A stretch of 63,779 nt of DNA, the filler included, from Octopus bimaculoides (lineage: Eukaryota), in NCBI RefSeq assembly GCF_001194135.2. It is 5 parts of 4 records of this genome, joined end to end, with 100 filler letters (N's around TTAATTAATTAA, not from the genome) between each part and the next. Parts side by side here need not be neighbours in the genome. Positions count along the whole stretch, not along the records: positions 1 to 27,174 come from NC_068981.1; positions 27,275 to 52,360 come from NC_069003.1; 3 more parts are not named here. One strand, 5' to 3'. The position numbers and the translations under genes were made by a program. Numbering within the stretch: position 1 is the stretch's first letter; each line of letters starts with the position of its first letter. The notes beneath the pieces are model-generated. The model did no database searches. It saw nothing but the letters and a program-made list of their open reading frames with translations, and had not been told where the DNA came from. Positions 24,806-37,092 of the stretch are shown piece after piece.

Positions 24806-24886
24806 CACTCATATATATATATTATTGGAATTACACTCCCTTCCTCATGCCTGACAGATATGATTAGTATGGTATGTAGCACCACC
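24503..24886. repeat. Perfect 60-bp inverted repeat (24503-24562 and 24827-24886)
   Basis: GGTGGTGCTACATACCATACTAATCATATCTGTCAGGCATGAGGAAGGGAGTGTAATTCC and its exact reverse complement; checked base by base, 60/60. Confidence 0.97.
24560..24800 (+). mobile_element. Probable 3' end of the same RTE: C2H2 zinc finger(s), short 3'UTR and (TA)n tail
   Basis: 24560-24715 reads SAEGLKRHAKVHEAQLQLQLAIAGKGFSCQFCTRHCRSLAGLKSHVRTQHR*. This is one complete C-x2-C-x12-H-x4-H finger and the His half of a preceding finger. Linking it to the upstream ORF is inference. Confidence 0.7.
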
Positions 24887-25117
24887 ACCAACGGCCTGGT
24901 TGTCATTCATCGGTCTCGCTTTATGACTACGAAGATGACGCTTGAGTCCAGCTTTACTTGAGTCCAGCTTTACTTGAGTCCAAACTAAACAAAGGAAGGA
25001 ACTTTTATATATACTTTATCTATAAGGCTCAATTTAATTTTAATTTTTTATAAATTGATTTTAATTGAGTTTTTTACCTGTAATTTTGGATTTTGTCCCT
25101 AATATTATTATTATTAT

Positions 25118-25154
<37 letters not shown>

Positions 25155-25347
25155 TGAGTCCAAATGCTGGCTAGATTGAGTTTGCTTTCCACTTTTGCTG
25201 CTTTGACGATGAAGGTATGTACCAGTCATGTACTGAGGTCGATTCAATCCCCTACCCCACATCGCGTTCCTGACGAATCATTTGTGGCGCTATGGCAGTG
25301 CAAGGAGCAATTATTTGGTAGAAGACATATACAAAGAGGGCATAGAT

Positions 25348-25864
25348 CAGTAGTTCTCGAACTTTTCAAAAGAATGTTACGTGTTGGTCCCCTTACACAC
25401 TTTTCGATGATTCGCGGTCACTGTATAAAATGCAGGATAATTAACATGAAAAAAATGACATACACCGTAATTTCAAGACTACGAACCGGGATGAGAATTG
25501 GGATCTGACAAGGTGTAAGATCATGTGGGAACATGCACCGGTGAGGATAACGACGGTGAGAAACATGCAAACATGTGGATTGCAATTGTGGAGTGGTGAA
25601 TCATGTGAGCGTAGAATACCGACGGCACATGCACTATCAACCGTTATACCTGCATATTTTCCATTGGCCAATCATAGCTGTTGCACAGCAAGTGTGATTA
25701 GCAAATGAGTGTGCAGAAGAGGCGCGGGGTTTTTAGGTCAACGACAAAAAAAAGGATCATAGCATGCGAAAAATTGAAAGTCTTGAAATGTGTCCATTCG
25801 CGGTTCCCCTAAAATCGCTTCGCGGTCCCCTAGGGGACAGCGAAGCCCAGTTTGAGAACCACTG
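25348..25864. mobile_element. Non-autonomous hAT (Charlie-like) element, 517 bp
   Basis: TIRs are CAGTAGTTCTCGAAC and GTTTGAGAACCACTG. The 8-bp TSD is GCATAGAT/ACATAGAT (7/8). Subterminal CGCGGT(T)CCCC repeats are present. Confidence 0.85.
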
Positions 25865-26201
25865 ACATAGATGATGTAGAAAGAAGTGAAGAAAGATGAC
25901 GAAGAGCGGGAAAGGGTGACGTCAATAAAAGTAGTAGTAGTAGTAGTAGTTTTAGCTGTTGTTGTTGTTCTTGTTGTTTGTGCTGGTGGTGTAACCCTGT
26001 TATAACATCCTTATCATTTCCTCACTCATCGCAATCATGGTGATGATCATCATCATCATCAACAGCATCATGATTATGATGTTCACCATCGTCATCGTCG
26101 TCGTTGTCGTCATCATCATCATCATTGCCACCACTACCTTCTTCTTCCTCCTCCTCCTCCTCCTCCTCCTCCTCCTCCTCCTCCTCCTCCTCACCATCAC
26201 C

Positions 26202-26232
<31 letters not shown>

Positions 26233-26353
26233 GCAACAACAACAATAACATGAAATCATCGCTGTCATCATCATGATCATCACCATCATAATAATCATAA
26301 TCATGATCACCAACATCATTGCTATCATTATCACTACCACCATCATCATCATT

Positions 26354-26385
<32 letters not shown>

Positions 26386-26811
26386 TATCATCATCATCAT
26401 CATCATCATTATTGTCATGCCTCTTACTCTCGCCGTGGTCGCCGTCGTCATCGTCCTGGACATTGTTATCGTCATCACTGAGATCGTTATCTTCGTCCCC
26501 ACCCCCACAACACTCTGTCATGAATAATTCTATCCAACGTCAAAGGAGTCTCTACAAGGTTATTCAATATGCTAGAAATTGCAGTTAGATGTATGTACTT
26601 GAATTCACACATTAAAAACACCAAAAAACCAAAAATAAAAAAAATAAAACAAACAAAATAAAAACAGAGGTCAATATAGTATCTGATACAATGTGCCTGA
26701 AGAAGACAGCTGGGATGGTCATGGGAGGAAAGTCTTTGATCATGGATCTGTACAGTCATTGTTGACATGGACAAGCAACATCTCTTACTTCTATACTATC
26801 ATCACTTTGAA

Positions 26812-27174
26812 CATTATTATTATTATTATTATTCAGTAGTTTTATTTTTATAACGTGCTTTCACTTCACTACCGAGCGCAGCTCTGTGCGCCTTGGGTAT
26901 GTGCTGTGGTTTGCTGTGGTGCTCTTATGTTTACTGTATTGAAAGTGTTTTGCGTAGGATGTGTGCAGTACCCAGTAGTGCAATTTTCTGTATGTTATAT
27001 ATATTTGTAAGTCCTGCTATTTTTGTTATGTATTTGTCTGAATAATTTTTTATTATACCTAAGGCACCTACTATGATAGGAATTGTTTCTGTTTTTAGAT
27101 TCCACATTCGAGTCATCTCTATTTCCAGGTCTTTGTATTTTGAAAATTTTTCCATTTCTTTTAGAGAAACGTTG
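26812..27174 (-). mobile_element. R4/Dong-type LINE 3' end, intact REL-domain ORF fragment, (TAA)n tail; runs into a gap
   Basis: NVSLKEMEKFSKYKDLEIEMTRMWNLKTETIPIIVGALGIIK..IQKIALLGTAHILRKTLSIQ*, followed by a 3'UTR and a TAA tail. Confidence 0.92.
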
Positions 27175-27218
27175 NNNNNNNNNNNNNNNNNNNNNNNNNN
27201 NNNNNNNNNNNNNNNNNN

Positions 27219-27230
27219 TTAATTAATTAA
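27219..27230. other. Assembly linker TTAATTAATTAA inside a 100-bp spacer (N44-linker-N44); also at 52405-52416, 60090-60101 and 62647-62658
   Basis: The identical palindromic 12-mer has stops in all six frames, is always surrounded by Ns and has 44 Ns per side where counted. It is not biological. Confidence 0.93.
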
Positions 27231-27431
27231 NNNNNNNNNNNNNNNNNNNNNNNNNNNNNNNNNNNNNNNNNNNNTTAACTACGGCTGGTTAGTTTTCGTT
27301 GTTTTTTCTTCTTGTTTTGCCTTTGTGAGTTACAAGTAATGCTATCTGTTGGAGTTTCAGCATCTTAGCTGCTATTTCTGAACTTCGGTATGTGGTGAAG
27401 CAACTGTTTGCTGATCCTTTGAGTTTCCTTA

Positions 27432-27712
27432 TTTCTTTATTGCCCACAAGGTGCTAAACATAGAGGGGACAAACAAGGACAGACAAAGGGATTAAGTCGA
27501 TTACATCAACCCCAGTGCCTAACTCGTACTTAATTTATCGACCCCGAAAGGATGAAAGGCAAAGTCGACCTCGGTGGAATATGAACTGAGAACGTAACGC
27601 AGAACGTAAGGATGAGGGGTAAAATCGACCTCAGCGGAATTTGAACTTTAAGCAAGAAGAAATGCCGCTAAGCGTTTTGTCCGGCGTGCTAACGATTCTG
27701 CCAGCTCGCCAC
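27432..27712 (-). mobile_element. SINE family A head and core with alternative tail E (TTTGTCTGTCCTTGTTTGTCCCCTCTATGTTTAGC..GTGGGCAATAAAGAAATAAG), internal duplication
   Basis: The same tail occurs at 41004-41080 (-) and 37255-37321 (+). Confidence 0.88.
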
Positions 27713-28668
27713 CGAAACATAGGTGGTAGGTGTATTGTATAATGCGATTTCAGATTGTTTTAGCGTCATCAGCAATAGACGCCTAAACGCCGAATGCTAA
27801 GCCGAAATCTCTATATGTATGTATGTATGTATGTACGTACGTATGTATGTATGTATGAATGTATGTATGTATGTATGTATATATACGTATATGTGTATGT
27901 ATGTATATGAATGTGCGTATGTATGTACGTATGTATGTATGTATGTATGTATCTGTGTATGTACGTATGTACGTATGTATACATACGTATGTATGCATAC
28001 GTATGTATGTATGTATGTTTGTATACGTATATGTGTATGTATGTATGTATGTATATAAGTATGTATATATATATATATANNNNNNNNNNNNNNNNNNNNN
28101 NNNNNNNNNNNNNNNNNNNNNNNNNNNNNNNNNNNNNNNNNNNNNNNNNNNNNNNNNNNNNNNNNNNNNNNNNNNNNNNNNNNNNNNNNNNNNNNNNNNN
28201 NNNNNNNNNNNNNNNNNNNNNNNNNNNNNNNNNNNNNNNNNNNNNNNNNNNNNNNNNNNNNNNNNNNNNNNNNNNNNNNNNNNNNNNNNNNNNNNNNNNN
28301 NNNNNNNNNNNNNNNNNNNNNNNNNNNNNNNNNNNNNNNNNNNNNNNNNNNNNNNNNNNNNNNNNNNNNNNNNNNNNNNNNNNNNNNNNNNNNNNNNNNN
28401 NNNNNNNNNNNNNNNNNNNNNNNNNNNNNNNNNNNNNNNNNNNNNNNNNNNNNNNNNNNNNNNNNNNNNNNNNNNNNNNNNNNNNNNNNNNNNNNNNNNN
28501 NNNNNNNNNNNNNNNNNNNNNNNNNNNNNNNNNNNNNNNNNNNNNNNNNNNNNNNNNNNNNNNNNNNNNNNNNNNNNNNNNNNNNNNNNNNNNNNNNNNN
28601 NNNNNNNNNNNNNNNNNNNNNNNNNNNNNNNNNNNNNNNNNNNNNNNNNNNNNNNNNNNNNNNNNNNT

Positions 28669-28768
28669 TTTAAGTTCAAATTCCCCGGAGTTCGACTTTT
28701 CCTCTTATCCTTTCGGGGTCGATAAAATAAGTACCAGTCAAGCATTGGAACCGATCTAGTCGACTGAC
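28669..28768 (+). mobile_element. SINE family A core fragment
   Basis: GTTCAAATTCCCCGGAGTTCGACTTTTCCTCTTATCCTTTCGGGGTCGATAAAATAAGTACCAG. Confidence 0.8.
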
Positions 28769-29352
28769 CCAGAAACCTGGGTCCGTGCGTATCACGTCAG
28801 GTCGACGATGGGAAAGATGACTTCCCTTTGCAAATACTGATAGGGCACAGAAGGTGTGTCAATTGCCAGCAGACGTTCTCCTGGGGCTACAAGCTACAGT
28901 AGCATTCACCCTTAGTGGTTAGCCGCACTTAAGTGGCAAATATACTTCACGTTGTCGTGCAGTTACTGTTTATACCTCGTTCAGAGATTTATTATTAATT
29001 ATAGTAACGTTATAAGTAAAGTAAAATACTCGTTTGTATAAAAGTTCGAATTCTCTCTTGACAGACCTTGTATACACACACACACACAACAGAAAGTCAT
29101 CCTCATAATTTTCCCACCAGCCCCTCTGATGAGCGCTAGATTTGGGTTCTTCCTTAACTCATGCGCGAAACCAATTTGTAATATGGATCTATTATACAGT
29201 ATTATCTATCTATCTATCGATGTATCTGTTTGTTTGTATCTCTGTCTATGTGTCTGTCTATCTACCTGTCTGTCCGTCTGTCTGTCTGTCTCTGTCTCTA
29301 TATATAGAGAGACAGATTTATATACATAAAAAGACAAACACATATTTTCTCT

Positions 29353-29507
29353 TGTTCTTTTATTTGTTTCAGTCATTTGACTGCGGCCATACTGGAGCAC
29401 CGCCTTTAGTCGAACAAATCGACCCCAGGACTTCCACGCAGTGGGACTGAACCCGGAACTATGTGGTTGGTAAGCAAGCTACTTACCACACAACCACTCT
29501 TGCGCCT
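29353..29507 (-). mobile_element. SINE family B with internal deletion (head joined to tail)
   Basis: The tail GACCCCAGGACT abuts the head TCCACGCAGTGGGACTGAACCCGG, and about 250 bp of the middle is missing relative to 20177-20575. Confidence 0.85.
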
Positions 29508-31019
29508 ATGTATATGTATATGTATATACGATAACGTTGTAGCAGCGGTTATTGGTGGTGGTGGGTGGATATCGTAAAAATCTATGTCAGTAATTAGTTG
29601 AGATAAAAGAGTTTAAATTACAAGAAAGTAATTAACGAATTGTTTCTTTCATCTCTTATATTTATTTATCATGTTTGTTTTTAATGAAAATCTATGGAAG
29701 AGAAGAATTGACACAAATGAAATCCCCCGGAATAGAAAAATTGAACACAATAGTAATCTATGGAATAGAGGAGGTGACATAAAAGAAATCTATGAAGTAA
29801 AGAAGAAAAAAATTGAAATAAATCTCATGGAATGCAATCATTGACAGAAATGATGGAATTGAATAGTTTTAATTGTATGCCTATAAGTATATCTTACATT
29901 TCAAATTACATCTCAAAGCAAAAACAATGGAAATGCTCAATATTATGGAAACAGTTGTTAAGACATGAAATTTGGAATAATGCCTTTTCTTCTTGCATAA
30001 TCTACACACACACACACACACACGTACATACACACACAGACACACATACATACACGCACGCACGCACACACACACACGCATTCATTCACACACACGCATT
30101 CACTCACATACACACACACAAATACTTGCACACACAAATACATACACGCACGCACACACACTCATATGCACGCACACTCACACACATACAAATACATACA
30201 CGCACGCACACACACACACACACACACACANNNNNNNNNNNNNNNNNNNNNNNNNNNNNNNNNNNNNNNNNNNNNNNNNNNNNNNNNNNNNNNNNNNNNN
30301 NNNNNNNNNNNNNNNNNNNNNNNNNNNNNNNNNNNNNNNNNNNNNNNNNNNNNNNNNNNNNNNNNNNNNNNNNNNNNNNNNNNNNNNNNNNNNNNNNNNN
30401 NNNNNNNNNNNNNNNNNNNNNNNNNNNNNNNNNNNNNNNNNNNNNNNNNNNNNNNNNNNNNNNNNNNNNNNNNNNNNNNNNNNNNNNNNNNNNNNNNNNN
30501 NNNNNNNNNNNNNNNNNNNNNNNNNNNNNNNNNNNNNNNNNNNNNNNNNNNNNNNNNNNNNNNNNNNNNNNNNNNNNNNNNNNNNNNNNNNNNNNNNNNN
30601 NNNNNNNNNNNNNNNNNNNNNNNNNNNNNNNNNNNNNNNNNNNNNNNNNNNNNNNNNNNNNNNNNNNNNNNNNNNNNNNNNNNNNNNNNNNNNNNNNNNN
30701 NNNNNNNNNNNNNNNNNNNNNNNNNNNNNNNNNNNNNNNNNNNNNNNNNNNNNNNNNNNNNNNNNNNNNNNNNNNNNNNNNNNNNNNNNNNNNNNNNNNN
30801 NNNNNNNNNNNNNNNNNNNNNNNNNNNNNNNNNNNNNNNNNNNNNNNNNNNNNNNNNNNNNNNNNNNNNNNNNNNNNNNNNNNNNNNNNNNNNNNNNNNN
30901 NNNNNNNNNNNNNNNNNNNNNNNNNNNNNNNNNNNNNNNNNNNNNNNNNNNNNNNNNNNNNNNNNNNNNNNNNNNNNNNNNNNNNNNTAGACATAAAGGT
31001 TTATATAAATATGAATACA

Positions 31020-31400
31020 TATATATATATATGTGTGTGTGTGTATCTTTGTTTCTGTGTTTCTCCCTACCACCGCTGGACAACCAGTGTTGGTGTGGTT
31101 GCGTCTCCGTAACCTAGCGGTCCGGCAAAAGAGACAGAATAATTAAGAGCTGAAAGAAAGATACTGGGATCGATTCACTTGACTAAAATCCTTGAAGGCG
31201 GTGCTCCAGCATGGCCTCAGTGTAATGACTGAAACAAATAAATAAAAAATATACGATGGGTATCCTCAGTTTCCGTCTACCCAATTCATTCACAGGGCAT
31301 TGATCAACCGGCTGCTTTAATAGAATATACTTACACAAAATACTATGCACTGGGATTGAACCCGAAGCCACATGTCTGCAAAGCGAACTTCTGAAGCATA
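31020..31400. mobile_element. Two SINE family B fragments: 3' half (+, about 31020-31248) and 5' part (-, about 31250-31400)
   Basis: Degenerate matches to the family B tail and head. Confidence 0.7.
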
Positions 31401-33990
31401 CATTAATACCTCACATCACAGATACTACTGCAAATGGATTAATTATTCAGTTACTGATTGATATTTCTGTCTGTAAGACATGACATATCGACCAAAGTAG
31501 CTGTGTTATTTTATAATCTTTTATAACAATGTCAGACAGGGTTGCCGTAATCTCTGTACATAAATGTGTGTAATGCTGTTTTCTATAGTATTATACATGC
31601 TTATCAGGAGATTATGCTTTCTGAATCTTTATCTTTATATACCACGATATCAAGTCACCTTTTGTTTCCTTATATAAAACCAAAACTAAAGTCACCGAAA
31701 ATACCAGGCAAGACAGTCACAAATTCTTTCCCAGTTGTCTCGAAACAGTACACACGGATAACGTAGTCCGGGGTAAGCTTACACTGCAACTGTGTGGTTT
31801 CGTGTTCGGCATCTTAAACGAGTGTAACAAAGCCAACTGGACGGGACACCAGTCCCTTACAAGGTTACCCGTTATTATATGCACATGTATACGTATATGT
31901 ATGTATCTGCCTGTCTGGTTGTCTGTCTGTTTCTCTTTCTATATAAATGTATATAGATGGATACACACACATACTCACACACATACACACACATACTCAC
32001 ACACACACACACACATACACACACACATAAACGTACTCAGGCATCTAACTGTGTACGTATATGCATATGCATGTATATATACATATGTATATCTGTCTGT
32101 CTGGTTGTCATTTTAAAGTTTTATAGCCTGGATTTATATAATCTATTCCCTAATTTTGCATATATATATATAATATAAATATTGAGGATAGGAATTTGCG
32201 ATATCATTTTAATTCATAGTTTGATAGAAGAAAAGCTAAATAGTGCAGCAATGGGCTCAGTCCGCTCCGGGTTACGCTTTTGTGGCGGCGGCAAATTTGG
32301 ACTTGCTGTATAAAACAGTGTAGACTATACGGGCCCCTACACAGCTGGATTAGGAGCGGGAAAGCAAGCTCAAGGGCTTCCCCTGGTCGCTACGACATTG
32401 GTGCTGTGCTTGGCATCAAGAACACTGTTTCTATTGACGAAAGTCTGCTAGGACTCCATTGACCTAGGGTAAAATGACAATATTAACAACAACAACAACA
32501 ATGGCGGTGACAACACTAACAATAACAACGATTACAATTGTTACGGTAAAAGAAAAAAAAGAAAGAAGAAAGAATTGTTGTATAACTGTTATTATGCAAT
32601 AATAGTTATTGCATAAACAGCAATGACTATTAACACAACAGCAAAGCCTCCTCCTCCTCCTCCTCGTTATCGTCGTCGTCGTCTACGTCGTCGCCGTCGT
32701 CGTCATCATCAGCGTCATCATGACAGCAATCAGGGTTAGACAGCCACATACATACACACATACATACACACATACATACATACATACATACATACATACA
32801 CACACACATACATACATACACACATACACACATACATACATACATACACACATACACACACACATACACACATACATACATACATACATACATACATACA
32901 TACACACATACATACATACACACATACATACATACACACATACACACACACACATACATACATACATACATACATACATACACACATTTGTAGAATCAAA
33001 AATACACATATGCACAGGTATACATACATTCACACACATACACACGCGCGCGCACACACACATAATCGCACTCAGGCATCTGCATGTGTACGTATATGCA
33101 TATACATGTATATATATATATATATATATATNNNNNNNNNNNNNNNNNNNNNNNNNNNNNNNNNNNNNNNNNNNNNNNNNNNNNNNNNNNNNNNNNNNNN
33201 NNNNNNNNNNNNNNNNNNNNNNNNNNNNNNNNNNNNNNNNNNNNNNNNNNNNNNNNNNNNNNNNNNNNNNNNNNNNNNNNNNNNNNNNNNNNNNNNNNNN
33301 NNNNNNNNNNNNNNNNNNNNNNNNNNNNNNNNNNNNNNNNNNNNNNNNNNNNNNNNNNNNNNNNNNNNNNNNNNNNNNNNNNNNNNNNNNNNNNNNNNNN
33401 NNNNNNNNNNNNNNNNNNNNNNNNNNNNNNNNNNNNNNNNNNNNNNNNNNNNNNNNNNNNNNNNNNNNNNNNNNNNNNNNNNNNNNNNNNNNNNNNNNNN
33501 NNNNNNNNNNNNNNNNNNNNNNNNNNNNNNNNNNNNNNNNNNNNNNNNNNNNNNNNNNNNNNNNNNNNNNNNNNNNNNNNNNNNNNNNNNNNNNNNNNNN
33601 NNNNNNNNNNNNNNNNNNNNNNNNNNNNNNNNNNNNNNNNNNNNNNNNNNNNNNNNNNNNNNNNNNNNNNNNNNNNNNNNNNNNNNNNNNNNNNNNNNNN
33701 NNNNNNNNNNNNNNNNNNNNNNNNNNNNNNNNNNNNNNNNNNNNNNNNNNNNNNNNNNNNNNNNNNNNNNNNNNNNNNNNNNNNNNNNNNNNNNNNNNNN
33801 NNNNNNNNNNNNNNNNNNNNNNNNNNNNNNNNNNNNNNNNNNNNNNNNNNNNNNNNNNNNNNNNNNNNNNNNNNNNNNNNNNNNNNNNNNNNNNNNNNNN
33901 NNNNNNNNNNNNNNNNNNNNNNNNNNNNNNNNNNNNNNNNNNNNNNNNNNNNNNNNNNNNNNNNNNNNNNNNNNNNNNNNNNNNNNNNNN

Positions 33991-34024
<34 letters not shown>

Positions 34025-35577
34025 TATATATAAGCATATATATTGTGTATGTACGTGCATACATACATATATTTATATATATATGTATATGTATATATAT
34101 ATATATGCATATATATATGCATATAGTATAGCTGTATATCTCTTTAAACATATATACATATGTGAGTGTCTATACACACATACACATGTTTACCTGCATA
34201 TTTTGTTCGTATGTATGTACATACTTCTTTCTTGCGGTTGAACTTGGTGTCGGTGGTGCTGCTATTGCTAGAAGTGGTGACGAAGGTGGTGATATTGGTG
34301 ATGGAGGTGATGGTGGTGGTGATGATGGCGCTACTGGATATAGCGATACTACTTCTGTTCCGTAGATTTCTAGCAGAATAACCCGTATTTATTCACCCAG
34401 AGTGAATGACACTCGGGAATTGAAATGACGGAAGTGTTACAAATTTGAGAGAGAGAGAGGCTGGAGGCTATTTTAATCCTGTGGGTTATCTTATCAAGTG
34501 TTTATTTTCATTAGCTAATGATGCCAATCTCACTTTTAGAAGCAGCTAAGCATTCAGCTGGAATTGAGGTTAACATTTACCTTGCGATCCTTTACTGCTA
34601 CGAGTGGATTTTGTGGGTAAATACGTTCGACTTATTCGTTGATTTCGTGGTTAGATTTATTCTTTCTTCACCAATGTGGTTATGTGTCTTATGTCTAGTC
34701 TTCTTATATATTCTTCTAATGTTATCTAACAATAATTTATTGTATGTGTATCTATTTCATAAGCCGGTTTGGCCTTATCAGCTTTTACAAAAATATTCGG
34801 TGCGGTTTTCAAGAGTTGTGGAGAATTCTTTAAGTCTATTCTGGAAACTATAGGATCTATTTTTATATGTACCATTATGACTAATTTAATGGAGTCCTTT
34901 TCGAGTCAATTAAATTGTTTTTATACATAATAAAAATGTGGCTTCGGGAGACGATAAAGGAACATGCAGAAAAGCAGGCAAAAACAAAAAAATTAAAAAG
35001 AAACAACACAGAACGGATGCTGTCATATCCAGACTTACATCAGCTGTCGATCTAAAATAATAATTTCGACACTTGCCGACAATATTACTCAATTTGACAG
35101 TGTCAGTAAAACACACACGCACGCACGCACACACACACACACACACACACAAGCACGCACGCATACACATACACACACAGACACGCACACACACACATAC
35201 GCGCGCGCACATACACACATATGTATGCATTTTATTGAGTAGCAGGACTGAACCCGAAACTTGCGATTGATCCAGGGACTTGTGTGGGTGTGAAGTAAAC
35301 GTACTAACCACACAACCATATCTGCATCATCATCGTCATCATCATCATCATCATCACTCATGGTGGTGGTGGTCGTCGTTGCCGTCACCCTCCTCCTCCT
35401 CCACCCATCATCATCATCATCATCGTCGTCGTCGTCATCATCAACCTCTTTGCCAATACGGTTTTGAGCCCCAGCTCTCATAAGGCCAGTTACCCGGTTT
35501 TCGTGGCGTGTAAGTGACCGAGACCACACCATTGGCCCTGGACGGGACGCTAGCCTATCAAAAAAGTCACTCACTTA

Positions 35578-35712
35578 CAGTCAAGTGGATTGGAGCAAAG
35601 TGAAATGAAGTGTTTTGCTCAAGAACATAAAGCATCGCTCGGCCCAGGAATCGAAACTACAATTTTACGATCGTGAGCACAACACCTTTAACCACTAGGC
35701 CACGTACCTTCT
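35578..35712 (-). mobile_element. tRNA/CORE-type SINE head (family C-like)
   Basis: The reverse complement has an A box TGGCCTAGTGG, a B box GTTTCGATTCC and a CORE-like TTCTTGAGCAAAACACTTCATTTCAC. Confidence 0.75.
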
Positions 35713-35769
35713 CATAATGGGAAGTCTGCTTCCAATTATGTTATAAAAAAAAAACTCCAAAACAAAATG

Positions 35770-36086
35770 AACTTACACTTCGTCGGTTACGACGACGAGT
35801 GTTCCAGTTAATCCGATCAACAGACAACCTGCTCGTGAAATTAACGTGCAAGTGGCTGAGTACTCCACAGACACGCATACCCGTAACATATTTTTCAGGG
35901 AGATTCGGCGTGACACAGAATACAATAAGGCCGGCCATTTGAATTACAAGTACAACTCGTTTTTACCAGTTGAGTGGAGTGGAGCAACGTGAAATAAAAT
36001 GTTAATCTTAAGGACACATCGCGCCGTCAGGAATAGAAATAACAACCTTACGATCGCGAGCCGGTTACCCCTAACCACTAAGCCAT
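35770..36086 (-). mobile_element. SINE family C (tRNA head, CORE-like domain, tail ..CGTCGTCGTAACCGACG)
   Basis: Matches 36168-36462 and 46661-47060. Confidence 0.85.
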
Positions 36087-36088
36087 AA

Positions 36089-36180
36089 GATGTTCGACCA
36101 ATGAGATGTTCGATCAACGGATGTTCGACCAATGAGATGCTCGATCAACGGATGTTCGACCAATGAGATGTTGATCAATG
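36089..36180. repeat. 31-bp dimeric minisatellite x3 (GATGTTCGACCAATGA + GATGTTCGATCAACG)
   Basis: Units start at 36089, 36120 and 36151. Confidence 0.92.
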
Positions 36181-36462
36181 GAATAGCCTGTTTATGATAT
36201 TAGCGTGCAAGTGGCTGAGCACTCCACAGACACGGCCTACCCTGAACGTAGTTCTCAGGAAGTTTCAAGATGACACGGAATGTGACAAGGCTGGTCCCTT
36301 TGAAACACAAGTACGATACATTTTCGTCAGCAGAGTGGACTGAAACGACGTGAAATAAAATGGGCTTGCACAAGGACAAAACGTGCAGCTCGGGAATCGA
36401 ACTCGACGACCTGAGTTAGGGTCGTGAGCCGAAATACCCTAACCGCTAAGCCCTGCGCCTTC
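36168..36462 (-). mobile_element. SINE family C
   Basis: As above. Confidence 0.85.
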
Positions 36463-36767
36463 TCACAACGGGTTGCCTGGCGTCCCGTTATGCTATATCA
36501 ATTATACAACACGCCATTGGCAGCAGTATTCTATTGACCAAATACTCTATTCGCCGATAATTGCCTCTGTCTGTCTGTCCGTCCGTCTGTCTGTTTGTCT
36601 GTCTGTCCGTCTGTCTGCCTGTCTCTGTCTGCCTGTCTCTCTCTCTCTCTCTTTCCGTCTTTCTCTCCCTCTCTGTCACCATTCCCTCATTGTAAATTCC
36701 ATTTAGCTACAAATACTTGAGAATTAATTTGTCTCAGTCTATTTTCTTCTAGTTCTTTAACCACCAT

Positions 36768-36814
<47 letters not shown>

Positions 36815-37092
36815 GCTGCGGCTGCCTCTCTCTCAACTCTCTATCGATCACTAACCGATATCGATTATTCACTAAAACACAAATGACATCACGTCACATG
36901 TCTGTTCTTTCTGGGAATGAAATGGGATTTGTTAGCTAAGGAAGAGAAGAAAAGAGAAAAAATAGGAAAGGAAGAAGAAAAGAAAGAAACAAGCGTAAAA
37001 GGAAAGAGAAAAGAAGAAAAAAAAGAAAAAGAAGAAAAAGCAAAATGGAAGAAAATAAGGGTAAGAGAAAGAAAGTGGTGGAACTATTATTT

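Noticed and set aside
24942-24984. Short tandem duplications (CTTGAGTCCAGCTTTA x2.5; also GGAGTGTTAGGTAA x2 near 12479-12506)
   Set aside because: These are ordinary slippage duplications with no further structure.
27219-27230. Recurrent palindrome TTAATTAATTAA (4 copies)
   Set aside because: It is always embedded in Ns as a fixed 100-bp spacer, so it is a scaffolding linker.
32395-32462. AVLGIKNTVSIDESLLG, resembling the Merlin/IS1595 V.IDES motif
   Set aside because: It is a single short motif with no further catalytic residues, TIRs or TSD.
36089-36180. Possible CRISPR-like array
   Set aside because: The units are contiguous with no unique spacers, the context is eukaryotic and there are no cas genes.
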